Position numbers and translations under genes: made by a program. DNA of 61,461 bases, counting the filler, from Leucoraja ocellata (taxonomy: Eukaryota), in NCBI GenBank assembly GCA_036785375.1. It is 5 parts of 5 records of this genome, joined end to end, with 100 filler letters (N's around TTAATTAATTAA, not from the genome) between each part and the next. Parts side by side here need not be neighbours in the genome. Positions count along the whole stretch, not along the records: positions 1 to 24,611 come from JAWMAR010005658.1; 4 more parts are not named here. One strand, given 5' to 3'. This document shows, piece after piece, positions 1 through 12,325 of this stretch. Within the stretch, counting starts at the first letter, position 1. Each line of letters begins with the position of its first letter. The notes below the pieces were generated by a model. The model worked only from the letters and a program-made list of their open reading frames with translations, was not told the DNA's origin and ran no database searches.

Positions 1-452
1 GGTTTTCGGCCCGAAACGTTTGCCTATTTCCCCTTCGCTCCATAGATGCTGCTGCACCCCGCTGAGTTTCTCCACTTTTTTTTGTGTACCTTCGATTCTC
101 CAGCATCTGCAATTCCTTCTTAAACACAGTAGAACTAGTGTGATGTGTGATCAGTGTGGGCTGAAGTGCCTGCTCCCAAGCTGTACCTTTAAATTCTGAA
201 CTCTATTCGGGGAATTAATGCAGAGAGTGGAGTTAAAGAGAAGTCCAGGATAGGACTGAAAAATGGTGTAATTTGATGGTTAGCAGATGGTTCCTGGATA
301 GCAGATTAGATTAATGCAATAAAAGCCCCACAAAATGGATACATGGATAGGACAGGTTTGGAGAAATTTGGACCAAACTCGGGCAGGTGGGGGACTAGTG
401 TAGCTGGGTCATGTGGACCGGTGTGGGCAAGTTGGGCTGAAGGGCCTGTTTC

Positions 453-1125
453 ATAGACATAGAAACATAGAAAATAGGTGCAGGAATAGGCCATTCGGGC
501 CTTCGAGCCTACAGCACCATTCAATATGATCATGGCTGATCATCCAACTCAGTATCCTGTACCTGCCTTCTCTCCATACCCCCTGATACCTTTAGCCACA
601 GTGCCCACATCTAACTCACTCTTAAATATAGCCAATGAACTGGCCTCAACTACCTTCTGTGGCAGTGAATTCCACAGATTCACCACTCTCTGTGTGAATT
701 TTTTTTTCTCATCTCCATAAAACCATATAACCATATAACAATTACAGCACGGAAACAGGCCATCTCGGCCCAACAAGTCCGTGCCGAACAAATTTTTTTT
801 CCCCTTAGTCCCACATGCCTGCACTCATACCATAACCCTCCATTCCCTCTCATCCATATGCCTATCCAATTTACTTTTAAATGATACCAATGAACCTGCC
901 TCCACCACTTCCACTGGAAGCTCATTCCACACCGCTACCACTCTCTGAGTAAAGAAGTTCCCCTTCTCGGTCCTAAAAGATTTCCCCCTTATCCTTAAAC
1001 TGTGTGACCCCTTGTTCTGAACTTCCCCAACATCGGGGACAATCTTCCTGTATCTAGCCTGTCTAACTCCTTAAGAATTTTGTAAGTTTCTATAAGATCC
1101 CCCCATCAATCTTCTAAATTCTAGT
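453..1125 (-). mobile_element. CR1/HER1 LINE 3' fragment (TTTCTATG-tail family) with a nested GTTATATG-tail CR1 fragment (~717-960)
   Basis: FTQRVVNLWNSLP...GIRGYGEKAGTGY C-terminus and 8-nt tandem tails. Confidence 0.85.
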
Positions 1126-1445
1126 TTCCACACTGTGTCACTCTAAAATGCTGGAGTAACTTCGTGGATCAGGCAGCATCTCTGGAGAAAAGGATGGGTG
1201 GCGTTTGGGGTCAAACTTGGGGTCTGAAGACTGGGGATCAAACTTTTAAGTCTGAAGAGTTACTCCAGCTTGTTTTGTCTATTTTAGTCTTTTTTTAAAT
1301 TGTTCCTTCTCTGGGATTTTTTTATGCCAGTGTAATCTGGCATTATAGTTCCTTCCTGTACAAAACAGAGAAAGTCCAGAGATCTGGGGAGAGCGAGGTT
1401 GTTAAAACAAACGGGAGGAGGATTTTCTAAAACCACACAACGCTC

Positions 1446-1460
1446 GGGAATTTCCCGGAA
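1446..1460 (+). promoter_or_regulatory. Overlapping NF-kB site (GGGAATTTCC, 1446-1455) and GAS/STAT site (TTCCCGGAA, 1452-1460)
   Basis: Exact matches to the consensus GGGRNWYYCC and TTCNNNGAA, in non-repetitive sequence ~300 bp upstream of the predicted first exon of the B7-like gene. Confidence 0.6.
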
Positions 1461-1725
1461 TTACGGTTTCATTCTGTTGGGACTTGTGTTAGCGAGCAGT
1501 CGCCTTGACCTTCGTTTCCTCTCCGGTCCTCACTTGTCCACTGTGCGTTCCAAAGATCTTATGCTCTGCTATAGGATCTTTGGTGCATTCTGCTGGCCAC
1601 CCAGTGTCGGATTACCTGCACGTTTAACAGCAAGGACTACTGCAAAAGGCACAGGCTCCTTCCTGTGAGTTCTGCTTGTAGACCAGTACCATTCACCGCC
1701 GCCGCCGCTTCGGATCAGTCACCCT

Positions 1726-1751
1726 GAAGCGAAAGTCAGGAAACTGAAAGT
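1726..1751 (+). promoter_or_regulatory. IRF-E/ISRE-like element (GAAGCGAAAGT...GGAAACTGAAAGT)
   Basis: GAAANNGAAA core at 1740-1749 plus an adjacent AAGCGAAAGT; lies just upstream of a GTAAGT splice donor at 1808. Confidence 0.6.
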
Positions 1752-1753
1752 CG

Positions 1754-1807
1754 ATGAGAGGGAGAGATATTGAAGCCAGCGGCAGGGTGACTGACGGGGA
1801 GCTCCGG
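1754..1807 (+). other. Predicted first exon (3' part) of the B7-family gene; 5'UTR or optional N-terminal extension
   Basis: Consensus donor CGG|GTAAGT at 1807/1808. The downstream leader exon begins with an acceptor (TCCACAG| at 8517), so an upstream exon is required. ATG at 1754 is in frame with the leader exon. Confidence 0.5.
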
Positions 1808-2377
1808 GTAAGTTTGTCTTAGTTCGTGTTTCTTTATCCCAGCCTTGTCCACACTCCGGGACCGACCCGAAAGTTACCTATTCCTTCTCCCCAGAGTTGC
1901 TGCCGGGCCCGCTGAGTTACTCCAGTCTTTATTTATAACCCCGCAGTTCCTTAGATAGACAGAAAAAGCTGGAGTAACTCAGCGGGACCGGCAGCGTCTC
2001 TGGAGAGAAGGAATGGGCGACATTTCGGGTCGAGACCCTTCTACTATCCGCAGTTCTTTGATGTTTTCCCCCTTTTTACAGCCATTGCAACGATGAATAG
2101 ATTACTGGTTCAATTCTTTAGTCTTTCTTAGATTAGGTGTAATTCAGAATTTTAAATGTAACTGAACTGAACTAACTGACACATTGCAGATTAATCCCTG
2201 TGTCTGTCGGTCTGTATGTGTCTTTCTGTGAATGTCTGTGTCTGTCCGTGTCTGTCCCCTTCTGTCGGGGTAGACTGAGACTGACCCCCCCCCCCCCCCC
2301 ACCCTTCCCAATATTTGCACATCCCGAACCCTTTCCACTCACTGAACTTTCCTGTTTCATGTATTTTATGTGTTAAT

Positions 2378-3080
2378 TCAATTCAATTCAACTTTAATGT
2401 CATGGCACAAATACAAGTATGAGTACAACGAAATGCAGTTTTGCGTCAGTCCGTAGTAGTTGTACATAAAGAAATAATAAAAATATAGAAAGAGAGAAGA
2501 TACAGAATAATCAGAAAATACAGAATAATTAAACAATGGGGACGGAGGGACCGGAGAAATCTATCGGCGGGACTCCGAGTTCAGCAATGTGATTGTGTTG
2601 TTGTAGAAGCTGTTCCTCATCCTACTAGTACGTGACCTGAGGCTCCTGTACCGCCTCCCTGATGGGAGGAGGGCAAACAGTCCATGGTTGGGGTGTGAGG
2701 GGTCTTTGATGATCTTCCCAGCCCGTCTCAGACACCGTTTTCGGTGGAGGGCATCCATGGCGGGGGAGCGGGGCACCGATGATGTGCTGAGCGGTTTTCA
2801 CCACCCGTTGTAGTGCCTTCCTGTCCGCAGCAGTGCAGCTGCTGTACCACACCGTGAAACAGGTGGTCAGGATACTCTCTATGGTACAGCGGTAGAAGTT
2901 GGTCAGGATCCGGGGGGACTTCTTGAGCCTCCTCAGGAAGTAAAGGTGCTGCTGTGCCTTTTTGCTTGGAGGTGTTGAGGGACCAGGACAAATCCTCCGA
3001 GATATGTACTCCGAGGAATTTATAGCTGGAGACGCGCTCCACCTCAGTCCCGTTTATATGGATGGGGGTATGACTGCCTC
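2378..3080 (-). mobile_element. Rex1/Babar-type LINE 3' fragment
   Basis: VERVSSYKFLGVHISEDLSW; KIIKDPSHP..LF.LLPSGRRYRS; (TTGAA)n-like tail. Confidence 0.8.
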
Positions 3081-3082
3081 CT

Positions 3083-3515
3083 CTATAGATATAGATATGC
3101 CATTTATTGTCACTATACATGTACAGTGAAATTGAAAGCTGCTCGTACTCAGTGCATACATATAATTTAGTACAAAAAACAAGAAACAGAAAAACAAAAA
3201 AACAGAAGGGAGAAGGGGGGGGGGGATAAGTGCACAAATTCTGCGGCGCTATATACATATATACAGATGGAAGTCCGGGTGTTGGGCTGTGAAGTCAGTG
3301 CATGTGTGAATTTGAATTAAGAGTAGTTATAATTTTCGGAAAGCAACTATTTCTGAGTCTATTTGTCCTTGATTTGATGCACCTATAGCGCCTTCCAGAG
3401 GGCAGCAGGTCGAACAGTCCAAATGCAGGATGGGAGCTGTCTTTGATGATCTTCTTTGCCCTGCTAAGGCAGTGGGAGGTGTAGATGTCCATCAGGGAGG
3501 GGAGAGGGCAACCAT
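3083..3515 (-). mobile_element. Rex1/Babar-type LINE 3' fragment (second family)
   Basis: KIIKDSSHPAFGLFDLLPSGRRYRCIKSRTNRLRNS. Confidence 0.75.
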
Positions 3516-5779
3516 CATATGGACGGGAAAGGAATGGAGGGTTATGGTCTGAGTGCAGGTAGATGGGACTAGGGGAAAATAAGTGTTCGGCACGGACTAG
3601 AAGGGCCGAGATGGCCTGTTTTCCGTGCTGTAATTATTATATGGTTATATGGTTATAATGCAGATTGTGAAGCCAGAGCAAGGGATATAGGTTGAAGGGG
3701 ACTTTTTTTGTACAGTTTGCTGGAGTGGGCATATTGTCATATTGGCTAAGGTGGGGCAGGTGAGGTTTGGGTGCGCTGGAGTTGAGAGGACGAGTGAGAG
3801 GGGACTGAATGGTTTCATATCCTGTGATGTTTGTTGGATGGATATAGGATGCAAAGATGACGGGGAAGACAGTTCCGAATCTGTAACGTGGTGTAAAAGG
3901 TCACAAATCTGGAGTTAATAAATTAAAGCAGAAACGAGGTGAAATTTTGTTCACCCAGAGACTGCGAGCCTTTAGAAGCCTCTTCATCAACAGGCGGTAA
4001 AAGTAGAGACATCGGATGTGTTTTAAGGTAGAGTTAGATAGTTTCTCGATAACAAAAAAAAGGATAAAGGGTTACCAAGAGGAATTGGGAGATAATGTTA
4101 CAACCATACCTTTGCATTGAATGACAGAACAGGCTCGAAAGGCCAAATGGTTTACCCCTTCTTCTGAATTGCATGTTTGAATTTACATTTTGAACTCGGG
4201 CAGAAGAAGAAACGGCCTGGAATCAAGACACAAACTGCTGGAGTAACTCAGCAGGTCCTCCATGGATGCTGCTGCACCCGCTGAGTTTCTCCAGCATTTA
4301 TTGTGTACCTCACGTTTCCAGCATCTGCAGTTCCTTCTTAAACCTACAAACCTGTACGTCTTTGGAGTGTGGGAGCAGCATCCATGGAGCGGAGGAAATA
4401 GGCAACGTTTCGGTGAACATTGAATTCTCCCAATTTTGTTAGCCCTTGCTGTCTCCTCCCCCTCCTCAGCCCTCAGGCTCCTCCTCCTCCTTGTTCCTTT
4501 CTGGGGATCGTGGAGGAGTCTCTGCAGTGGATGTTTATGTCATTATTATGTAGTTGTGTGTTTTGTTGCTTTTTTGTTATGACTGTATGGCAAACCAAAT
4601 TCCTCGTATGTTGCAAAACACACTTGGCTGATAATTTACGATTATGATTATGATTATTATGTTATTATTGTGGGTATAAAAGTAAATTGCCGCCAGTGCG
4701 TGCAGGATAGTGGAAGTGTTTGGGGATCGCTAGTCGGTGCCTAGTCGGTGTGGACTCGGTGGGCCGAAGGGCCCGTTTCGGCGCTGTATCTCTAAACTAA
4801 ACTAAACTATAGCTTGGACACCCGGTGGACAAGCAACTTGAGCGATCAGGAAAGCTCCATGTAAGTAATGTAGAGCTTTTTCCAGGTTTCTCTGCACCTT
4901 ACAGTTGTGGACCATGACCATAAGACATAGGAGAAGAATTGAGTCATTTGGCTCATCGAGCTTGCTCCGCCATTTGATCATGACTGATCTAGTTTTCCCT
5001 CTCAACACCATCTTCCTGCCTTCTCCCCCTAACCTTTGACCTTCAATCCCTGCTTTAAAAATATCCATTGACTTGGCCTCCACCGCCGTCTGTGGTAATG
5101 ATTTCCACAGATTCACCACCCATGACTATAGAGATTCCACCTCATTTACATTCTAAAGGTATGTCCTTTTATTCTGAGACTGTGCACTCTGGTCCTACAC
5201 TCTCCCACTAGTGGGAAGATCCTTTCTGACGTGGGCTGAGAACTGACTGATGGCAGACCATCACGTGTGGATAGAAAACATGATTCAAAGACTGTTAGGA
5301 CGTCCCAGAAGAGTTTCAGCATCGACACATACATCAGGGAGCAACAAGTATTGGTTTGTCCTGTTTGACGTACTCATATAACCATATAACCATATAACAA
5401 TTACAGCACGGAAACAGGCCATCTCGGCCCTACAAGTCCGTGCCGAACAACTTTTTTTCCCCCTTAGTCCCACCTGCCTGCACTCATACCATAACCCTCC
5501 ATTCCCTTCTCATCCATATGCCTATCCAATTTATTTTTAAATGATACCAATGAACCTGCCTCCATCACTTCCACTGGAAGCTCATTCCGCACCGCTACCA
5601 CTCTCTGAGTAAAGAAAACTTAAAAAGAGGTAGGAGTTTGTATGAGGAAGCGAGAAAGATCAAAGCAAAGAGGAAAAGGGAACGGCAAATAGTGTGGGAG
5701 GAAAACAAAGATCTCAGAGAACACCCACGTGGTCACGAGCTGTTTGGCAGCTACTGTACCGCTGTGTCACCCTATAGAC

Positions 5780-6098
5780 CAGTTCCCAACGTGGGGCGTA
5801 TCGAGAAACAGGGGGGCAATTTCCACCTAATGTTTTTTTTTTTTTTTTTTACAATTTTTTAGTAATTTCTTGCTCAGAACTTTAACTGTCTTTTGTTTAT
5901 TTCATTTTTCTTGTTCATGGATGCCATGTTCTTTTGAAGCTTGTTTAAACCAAGGTATTGGCGTTTTAAGCTTCTTCAGCTGAAACGGAGTTCACTTTTT
6001 AAATTATAAGAATTATATATCACCACATGGGGGGGGGGGCATCAGGATTTTAGAGGTGACTAGGTGGGGCATGGCCAAAAAAAGGTTGGGAACCACTG
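5780..6098. mobile_element. Non-autonomous hAT-type DNA transposon (MITE)
   Basis: Imperfect TIRs CAGTTCCCAAC...GGTTGGGAACCACTG; 8-bp TSD CTATAGAC (5772-5779, 6099-6106). Confidence 0.8.
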
Positions 6099-6469
6099 CT
6101 ATAGACGGTCCAGGAAAGTGTGCTGCTCAATCCTGAAATAGGTATCCTGATGGAAAACCATGGGATTACACACACTATCTAAAATGAATCTGTTTTCAGT
6201 AATTACCCTGATCTTCCATTGAAGGTACTGAGGGAGACACATGGAACTGCAGATGGTGTCATCTTGAGCAAAGCACAAAGTGACGGAGGAACCCAGTGGG
6301 TCAGGCAGCATCTGTGGAGGAAATAGGCAAATTACATTTCGGGGCTGGAGACTTCTTCAGTCGCAACCTTTCCTCCGCAGATGCTGCCTGAAATGCTAAG
6401 ATCTTCCTGCACTTTGTGTTTTGCTCTGAGGGACTGGGAAATCTCCAAGGAAATTCACTAACTTGATAC

Positions 6470-6742
6470 CACCGGAAATCGGAGGAGCAGCACCTCATAT
6501 TCTGCTTGGGCAGTCTGCACCCTAGCGGCATAAACATTGAACTCTCCAATTTCCGGTAGCCCTTGCTGTCTCCTCCCCTTCTCAGCTCTCCCTCAGCCCT
6601 CGGGCTCCTTCTCTTCCTTTTTCCTTTCTTCTCTCCCCACCCTACATCAATCTGAAGAAGGGTTTTGGCCCAAAATGTTGCCAATTTCCTTTGCTCCATA
6701 GATGCTGCTGCACCCGCTGAGTTTCTCCAGCACTTTTGTCTA
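6470..6742 (+). mobile_element. Penelope-like element 3' fragment
   Basis: EEQHLIFCLGSLHPSGINIELS followed by the GAAGAAGGGT...CCCGCTGAGTTTCTCCAGCA end seen throughout the window. Confidence 0.75.
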
Positions 6743-7329
6743 CCTATGAAATAATTAAGACAGGGCACAGAGTTTTGGATTTTTGCCCTGATAATTGGAG
6801 GAAAACACCAAATAGAATGATTTGTTTTAATTATAGCGCTTAATTCTGATCAGCCAAATCAAGTGTCACAAAGATAGACACTAAGTGTTGGAGTAACTCA
6901 ATGAGTCAGGCAGCATGTCTGGAGAAAAAGGTAATGTTTTTGGTTAGTGACTTTTCTTCAGAATGTCACAAAATTCTCAAATATGATTTATTGTTTAAGG
7001 TTGTAGTTATATGAAACTCCTGACACGATATATCAGCAATGTAAACCAATGTTTCTTTTGATTTAGTAAATAGAGCAGTACATCATTGGAACAGGCCATT
7101 CGACTCACAACAATCTGTGCCAACAAAGATGGTAAGTTCAAGCTAATCCCCTCTGCCTGTCCATCATCCATATCCCTCCACTAATTAGTAGAAACAAGGA
7201 ACTGCAGATGCTGGTTTACATAAAAGGACACAAAGTGCTGGAGCATCACAGTGGGTCAGGCTGCACCTCCAGAGAAGAATGTCTGAACATTCTTCACACA
7301 TCGATGAAGGGTCCCGACCCAAATGTCAC

Positions 7330-8390
7330 CTATCTCATAGTTTTCCCTTTGGCCCAACCTGCCCACACCGGCCAACATGCCCAATCTACGCTAGTCTCAC
7401 CTGGCCCATATCCCCCTAAACCTGTCCTATCCATGTACCTGTCTAAATGTTTCTTAAACGTCGCAATCGCACATGCCTCAACTACCTCCTCCAGCAGCTC
7501 ATTCCATACACCCACCATCCTTTGTGTGAAAAAGTTATCCCCAGGTTTCTATTAAATCTTTCCCCCCTCACCTTAAACCTATGTCCTCCAGTTCTTGATT
7601 CCCCTTCTCTGGGCAAGGGACACCTTGCGTCTATCGGATTTATTGCTCTCATGATTTTCTACACCTCTATTAGATCCCCCTTCATCCTTCTGCGCTCCAA
7701 GGAATAGAGTCACAAGCCTACTCAACCTCTCCCTACAGCTCAGCCCCTCGAGTACTGGCTGCATTCTTGTAAATCTTCTCTGCACCTTTTTCAGCATAAG
7801 AACATCTTTGCTACATAGTGCCCAAAACTGAACCCAATATTCTAGATGTGGCTTCACCATTATATATATATATATTTTTTTTTTTTAATTTTATTTTTAT
7901 TAGCAGTACAGTAAATCACATTAATACATCGCATATATCTTATTACATTATGTTGTACCACTTCATTTTTTGAGCTTTAAAAAAGATAGAAATAAAAGAA
8001 GTAAGGAAAGTAAGCAAGAATCGTGAAGGTGCAGGAAAGTGTTGGGAGAAGAGAACCCCTTAGGGAAGGAATTAGAGAAGGAAGCAAAGAAAAGAAATAA
8101 GACCCTAGAAAGAAAAGAAAAAAAAAGAAGAAAGGAAAATCAATCGCTCTATTGTAATGGCTTCACCATTATCTTATACAACTACAACATGATCTCTCAA
8201 CTTCTATACTTAATGGTCTGACTGATAAAGGCCAATGTGCCAAAAGGCTTTTTGACCACTGTATCTACCTGTGATGCTACTTTCAACAAACGATGTACCT
8301 GTACTCCTAAATCCCTCTGCTCTACCACACGCCACAGATCTCCACCGCTCACTGTGTAGGTTCTGCTCCCAAAAGGTAACACACATTTCT
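7330..8390 (-). mobile_element. Older degenerate CR1 LINE, interrupted ~7860-8155
   Basis: PHLEYWVQFW...VQRRFTRM; QRDLGVQVH. Confidence 0.75.
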
Positions 8391-8529
8391 CTATGATCTC
8401 CAGAGATGCTGTCTGACCCGCTGAGTTACTCCAGCACTCTTTGTCCCTCCCTTAATTGCATGTCAATATGTTCATCCAAATTTCTGAATGTTTTGTGTAC
8501 TGTGCTTAACTCCACAGGTGAACCGAATA

Positions 8530-8599
8530 ATGGATTTAATTTTTCAGCTAAACTTTTGTCTTTTCTTCATTCTGTTTGAAAGCACACACTCTGCTCAAA
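8530..8599 (+). CDS. B7-family gene, signal peptide exon (MDLIFQLNFCLFFILFESTHSAQ); exon starts at 8518
   Basis: Hydrophobic leader; phase-1 donor A|GTAAGT matches the phase-1 acceptor of the IgV exon. Confidence 0.8.
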
Positions 8600-8689
8600 G
8601 TAAGTACTGAAACACTTATCTGTAAATAGACCATGCAGGGCTGATTGTTAATTCAGGATTGGAGTTTGATGGAAGTTCTTGTTTTACAG

Positions 8690-9007
8690 TGTTCATGACT
8701 TTTGACTGTAAGAGCCCAGTGAGAGGAGAATTTAACGTGGACACGGAACTACCATGCAGCCTGAAAACAACAGGGAATAGAAATTTTACCATCATTAAAT
8801 TACTGAAAGATAAGAAAACTCTTTTTACCTTCGACACACGAGAACACAACAAGAAATTTCAGGGACAAATTGGATTACACCATCTAGATAATGCGAGCGT
8901 CTCACTGATTATCCAACGAACCAAACCATCCAATGGTGGGATGTACAATTGCAATATATACACTGATCGGGGCCATGGCCGTGCTAATATCATGTTAGTG
9001 TTTAAAG
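8690..9007 (+). CDS. B7-family gene, IgV exon
   Basis: TTTTACAG| acceptor and AAG|GTAGG donor, phase 1-1; ELPC...VSLII...GMYNC V-set pattern within ORF 8659..9147. Confidence 0.85.
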
Positions 9008-9706
9008 GTAGGTTGTTAATTTATTTATTTTTTAGAGCTATAACTTTGAAAGGGTCCCTTCGGCCCAACGGGTCCATGCCGACCTACGATCAGCCATACA
9101 CTAGTACTATCCTAAACACACAAGGGAGAAGCCAATCTAACTACTGACCTGCAACGCCTTTACATTGTGGGTGGATGTTACCCTCACTCACACTAGTTGT
9201 ATGTCATCCTACATTCTTGTTGGCTCTACAGAGAGTTGTGAATGTATGGAATTCCCTGCCACAGAGGGCAGTGGAGGCCAAGTCACTGGATGGATTTAAG
9301 AGAGAGTTAGATAGAGCTCTAGCGGCTAGTGGAGTCAAGGGATATGGGGAGAAGGCAGGCACGGGTTATTGATAGGGGACGATCAGCCATGATCACAATG
9401 AATGGCGGTGCTGGCTCGAAGGGCCGAATGGCCTCCTCCTGCACCTATTTTCTATGTTTCTATTCTCATCCACTCCCTACACACTAGGGGCAACTTACAG
9501 TGGCCAATTAACCTACAAAACCGCACGTCCTTGGGATGTGGGAGGAAACCAGAGCATCCACAGAAAACCCACAGGTCACAGGTTGAATGTATAAAGTCCA
9601 CACAGACGACACCCGTGGTCAGGTACAAACCCGGGTCTCTGGCGCTGTAAGGCTGTGGCTCTACTGCTGCACCACTGTGCCACCCTATATTGTGGGCTGT
9701 ATCTTC

Positions 9707-10105
9707 CAGAAGGTTAAGGGGGGACTTGATAGAGGTTTTTAAAATGATGAGAGGGATGGACAGAGTTGACGTGGAAAAGCTTTTCCCACTGAGAGTAGGG
9801 AAGATTCAAACAAGACATGACATGAGAATTAAGGGACTGAAGTTTAGGGGTAACATGAGGGGGAACTTCTTTACTCAGAGAGTGGTAGCTGTGTGGAATG
9901 AGCTTCCAGTGAAGGTGGTGGAGGCAGGTTCGTTTTTATCATTTAAAAATAAATTGGATAGTTATATGGATGGGAAGGGAATGGAGGGTTATGGTCTGAG
10001 TGCAGGTATATGGGACTAGGGGAGATTATGTGTTCGGCACGGACTGGAAGGGTCGAGATGGCCTGTTTCCGTGCTGTAATTGTTATATGGTTATATGGTT
10101 ATATA
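9707..10105 (+). mobile_element. CR1 LINE 3' fragment (GTTATATG-tail family)
   Basis: RRLRGDLIEVFKMMRG...FFTQRVVAVWNELP. Confidence 0.9.
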
Positions 10106-11068
10106 TGGTATCTGCTACTTTCATTTTGCTTTAAAAACTGGTTCATTGGTTGTAAATTGGCATTGTAATTGTCCAAAACTTGTTAGGTTGGGTAAAGAAG
10201 TACTATATTGTAGATATTATCTCCAAAAAGATGAATGCCGTTGATTTGTGCATTAGGATTTAGACATTAGAATATCACTCTCATTGCGATCAATGCCATA
10301 ATATCACCAGAAACACACCCATCTATGTTCTCCAGAGATGCTGCCTGACCTGCTGAGTTACTCCTGCACTTTGTGTCTTTGTAAACCAACATCTGTGGTT
10401 CCTTGTATCTCTATCCCAGCAATCTTGTCAGGTACCTCGAAAGGGGGAAATCTTTTAGGAATGAGATGAGAAAAGCATTTTTCACACAGAGAGTGGTGAA
10501 TCTCTGGAATTCTCTGCCACAGAAGGTAGTTGAGGCCAGTTCATTGGCTATATTTAAGAGGGAGTTAGATGTGGCCCTTGTGGCTAAAGGGATCAGGGGG
10601 TATGGAGAGAAGGCAGGTACAAGATACTGAGTTGGATGATCAGCCATGATCATATTGAATGGCGGTGCAGGCTCGAAGGGCCGAATGGCCTACTCCTGCA
10701 CCTATTTTCTATGTTTCTATGCATATAGAAAGGTTCCACCCATGGTAGCAGACTGAACAAATGAGTGAAGTACCTGCCTTTGGTGTTGTTGCACCAACAA
10801 ATGTTGGTAAAGGAACCTTGAGAAGAGGTTTGCTCACAAGGAATGGGACCACAGTTTCTCTATACAATTTAAATGGGCCTTCCAATTTAATGACTCGACA
10901 AACCACAGTGGTTGCTGGTCTGAAATGCCAAGCTTAATATCTTCCTCGATGCATAGTGAGATTAGAAAGCACCAACTGCACACTTGAAAAAGGGCTCGGA
11001 CCCAAGGGAAAAAGTGGAATAGTAAAAGGCGTAGATAAAGTGAATGTCGAGAGGATGTTACCACTAGT

Positions 11069-12325
11069 AATATTAATTTCCCGATTACAGCAACAAGTGG
11101 GCATCTGTGGCAGTGCCCTGGGATGGTTCAGGTCCTATCTGGCAGATAGAACCATGCGTGTAAGCCTTGGTGGCCTTGAATCCTCCTCTGCTCCCTTGGC
11201 ATATGGGGTTCCACAGGGCTCAATTTTAGGCCCCCTGCTTTTCTCCCTTTATCTACTTCCACTGGGCTCAATTTTAAGAAGGCATGGCATCTCCTTTCAC
11301 TTTTACGCGGATGATAGCCAGTTGTATATGCCACTCAGGAAAGAAGATAATTATTCCCTAAAATCACTTCTGTCTTGTCTTGAGGACATTAAGTCCTGGA
11401 TGGCCTTAACCTTTCTGGGACTTAACGAAAAAAAGACTGAAGTGATTTTGTTTGGCCCTAATGGCTGCCGTGAACCTCCCTCTGTTGACTTGGGTCCACT
11501 TGCAGTGTTTGGAAAGCCAACAGTTTTAAACCTGGGTTTTATGATGGACAGTGATTTTAAATTAGATAAACAAATAGGCGCAGTGGTTAAGTCCAGCTTC
11601 TTTCACCTAAGGAAGCTGGCAAAGGTGAAGCCTATTCTGGAGCGGCAGCATTTTGAAACAGTAATCCATGCCTTTATTACATCTCGGCTGGATTACTGTA
11701 ATGCGCTCTACACTGGAGTCTCGCGAGCTTCGTTGGCGCGTCTCCAGTTGGTCCAAAATGCTGCCGCTCGCCTTTTGACCGGAACTCGAAAGTGGGAGCA
11801 CATTACCCCAATTTTGGCCTCCCTTCACTGGCTTCCAGTGCACTTTCGAGTTCATTTTAAAATTCTTTTATTTGTTTTTAAATCTTTGAATGGCCTCGCC
11901 CCGCCTTACCTCTCTGAGCTGCTCCACCTATATGCTCCTACCCGGTGCCTCAGGTCAGCGGATCAGCTGCTCCTTGAGGTACCAAGGTCTAAGCGGAAGC
12001 TCAGAGGGGATAGAGCCTTTTCTGTTGCTGCACCGGCACTTTGGAACACCTTGCCGCTGCAGATCAGACAGGCCCCTTCACTGTCCATCTTTAAATCCTC
12101 CCTAAAAACGCATTTTTATTCAATGGCTTTCGACACTGGCTGAGACTTTGTTCCTGTTTTAGTGCTTTTAATGTCTTTTAATTTTTTACTGTTTTTATAG
12201 TCCTGTCGTTATAATGGTTTTAGTTTTGTGATAACTTTTTGTTGATTTCCACTGTACAGCACTTTGTGGTAACTGATGTTGCCTAAAAGTGCTTTATAAA
12301 TAAAGTTATTATTATTATTATTATT
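11069..12325 (+). mobile_element. 5'-truncated L2-clade LINE with open RT/C-terminal frame, inserted into a CR1 fragment
   Basis: GVPQGSILGPLLF, YADD, SRLDYCNA, LHWLPV; (TTA)n tail; TSD ACTAGT (11063-11068, 12326-12331). Confidence 0.92.
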
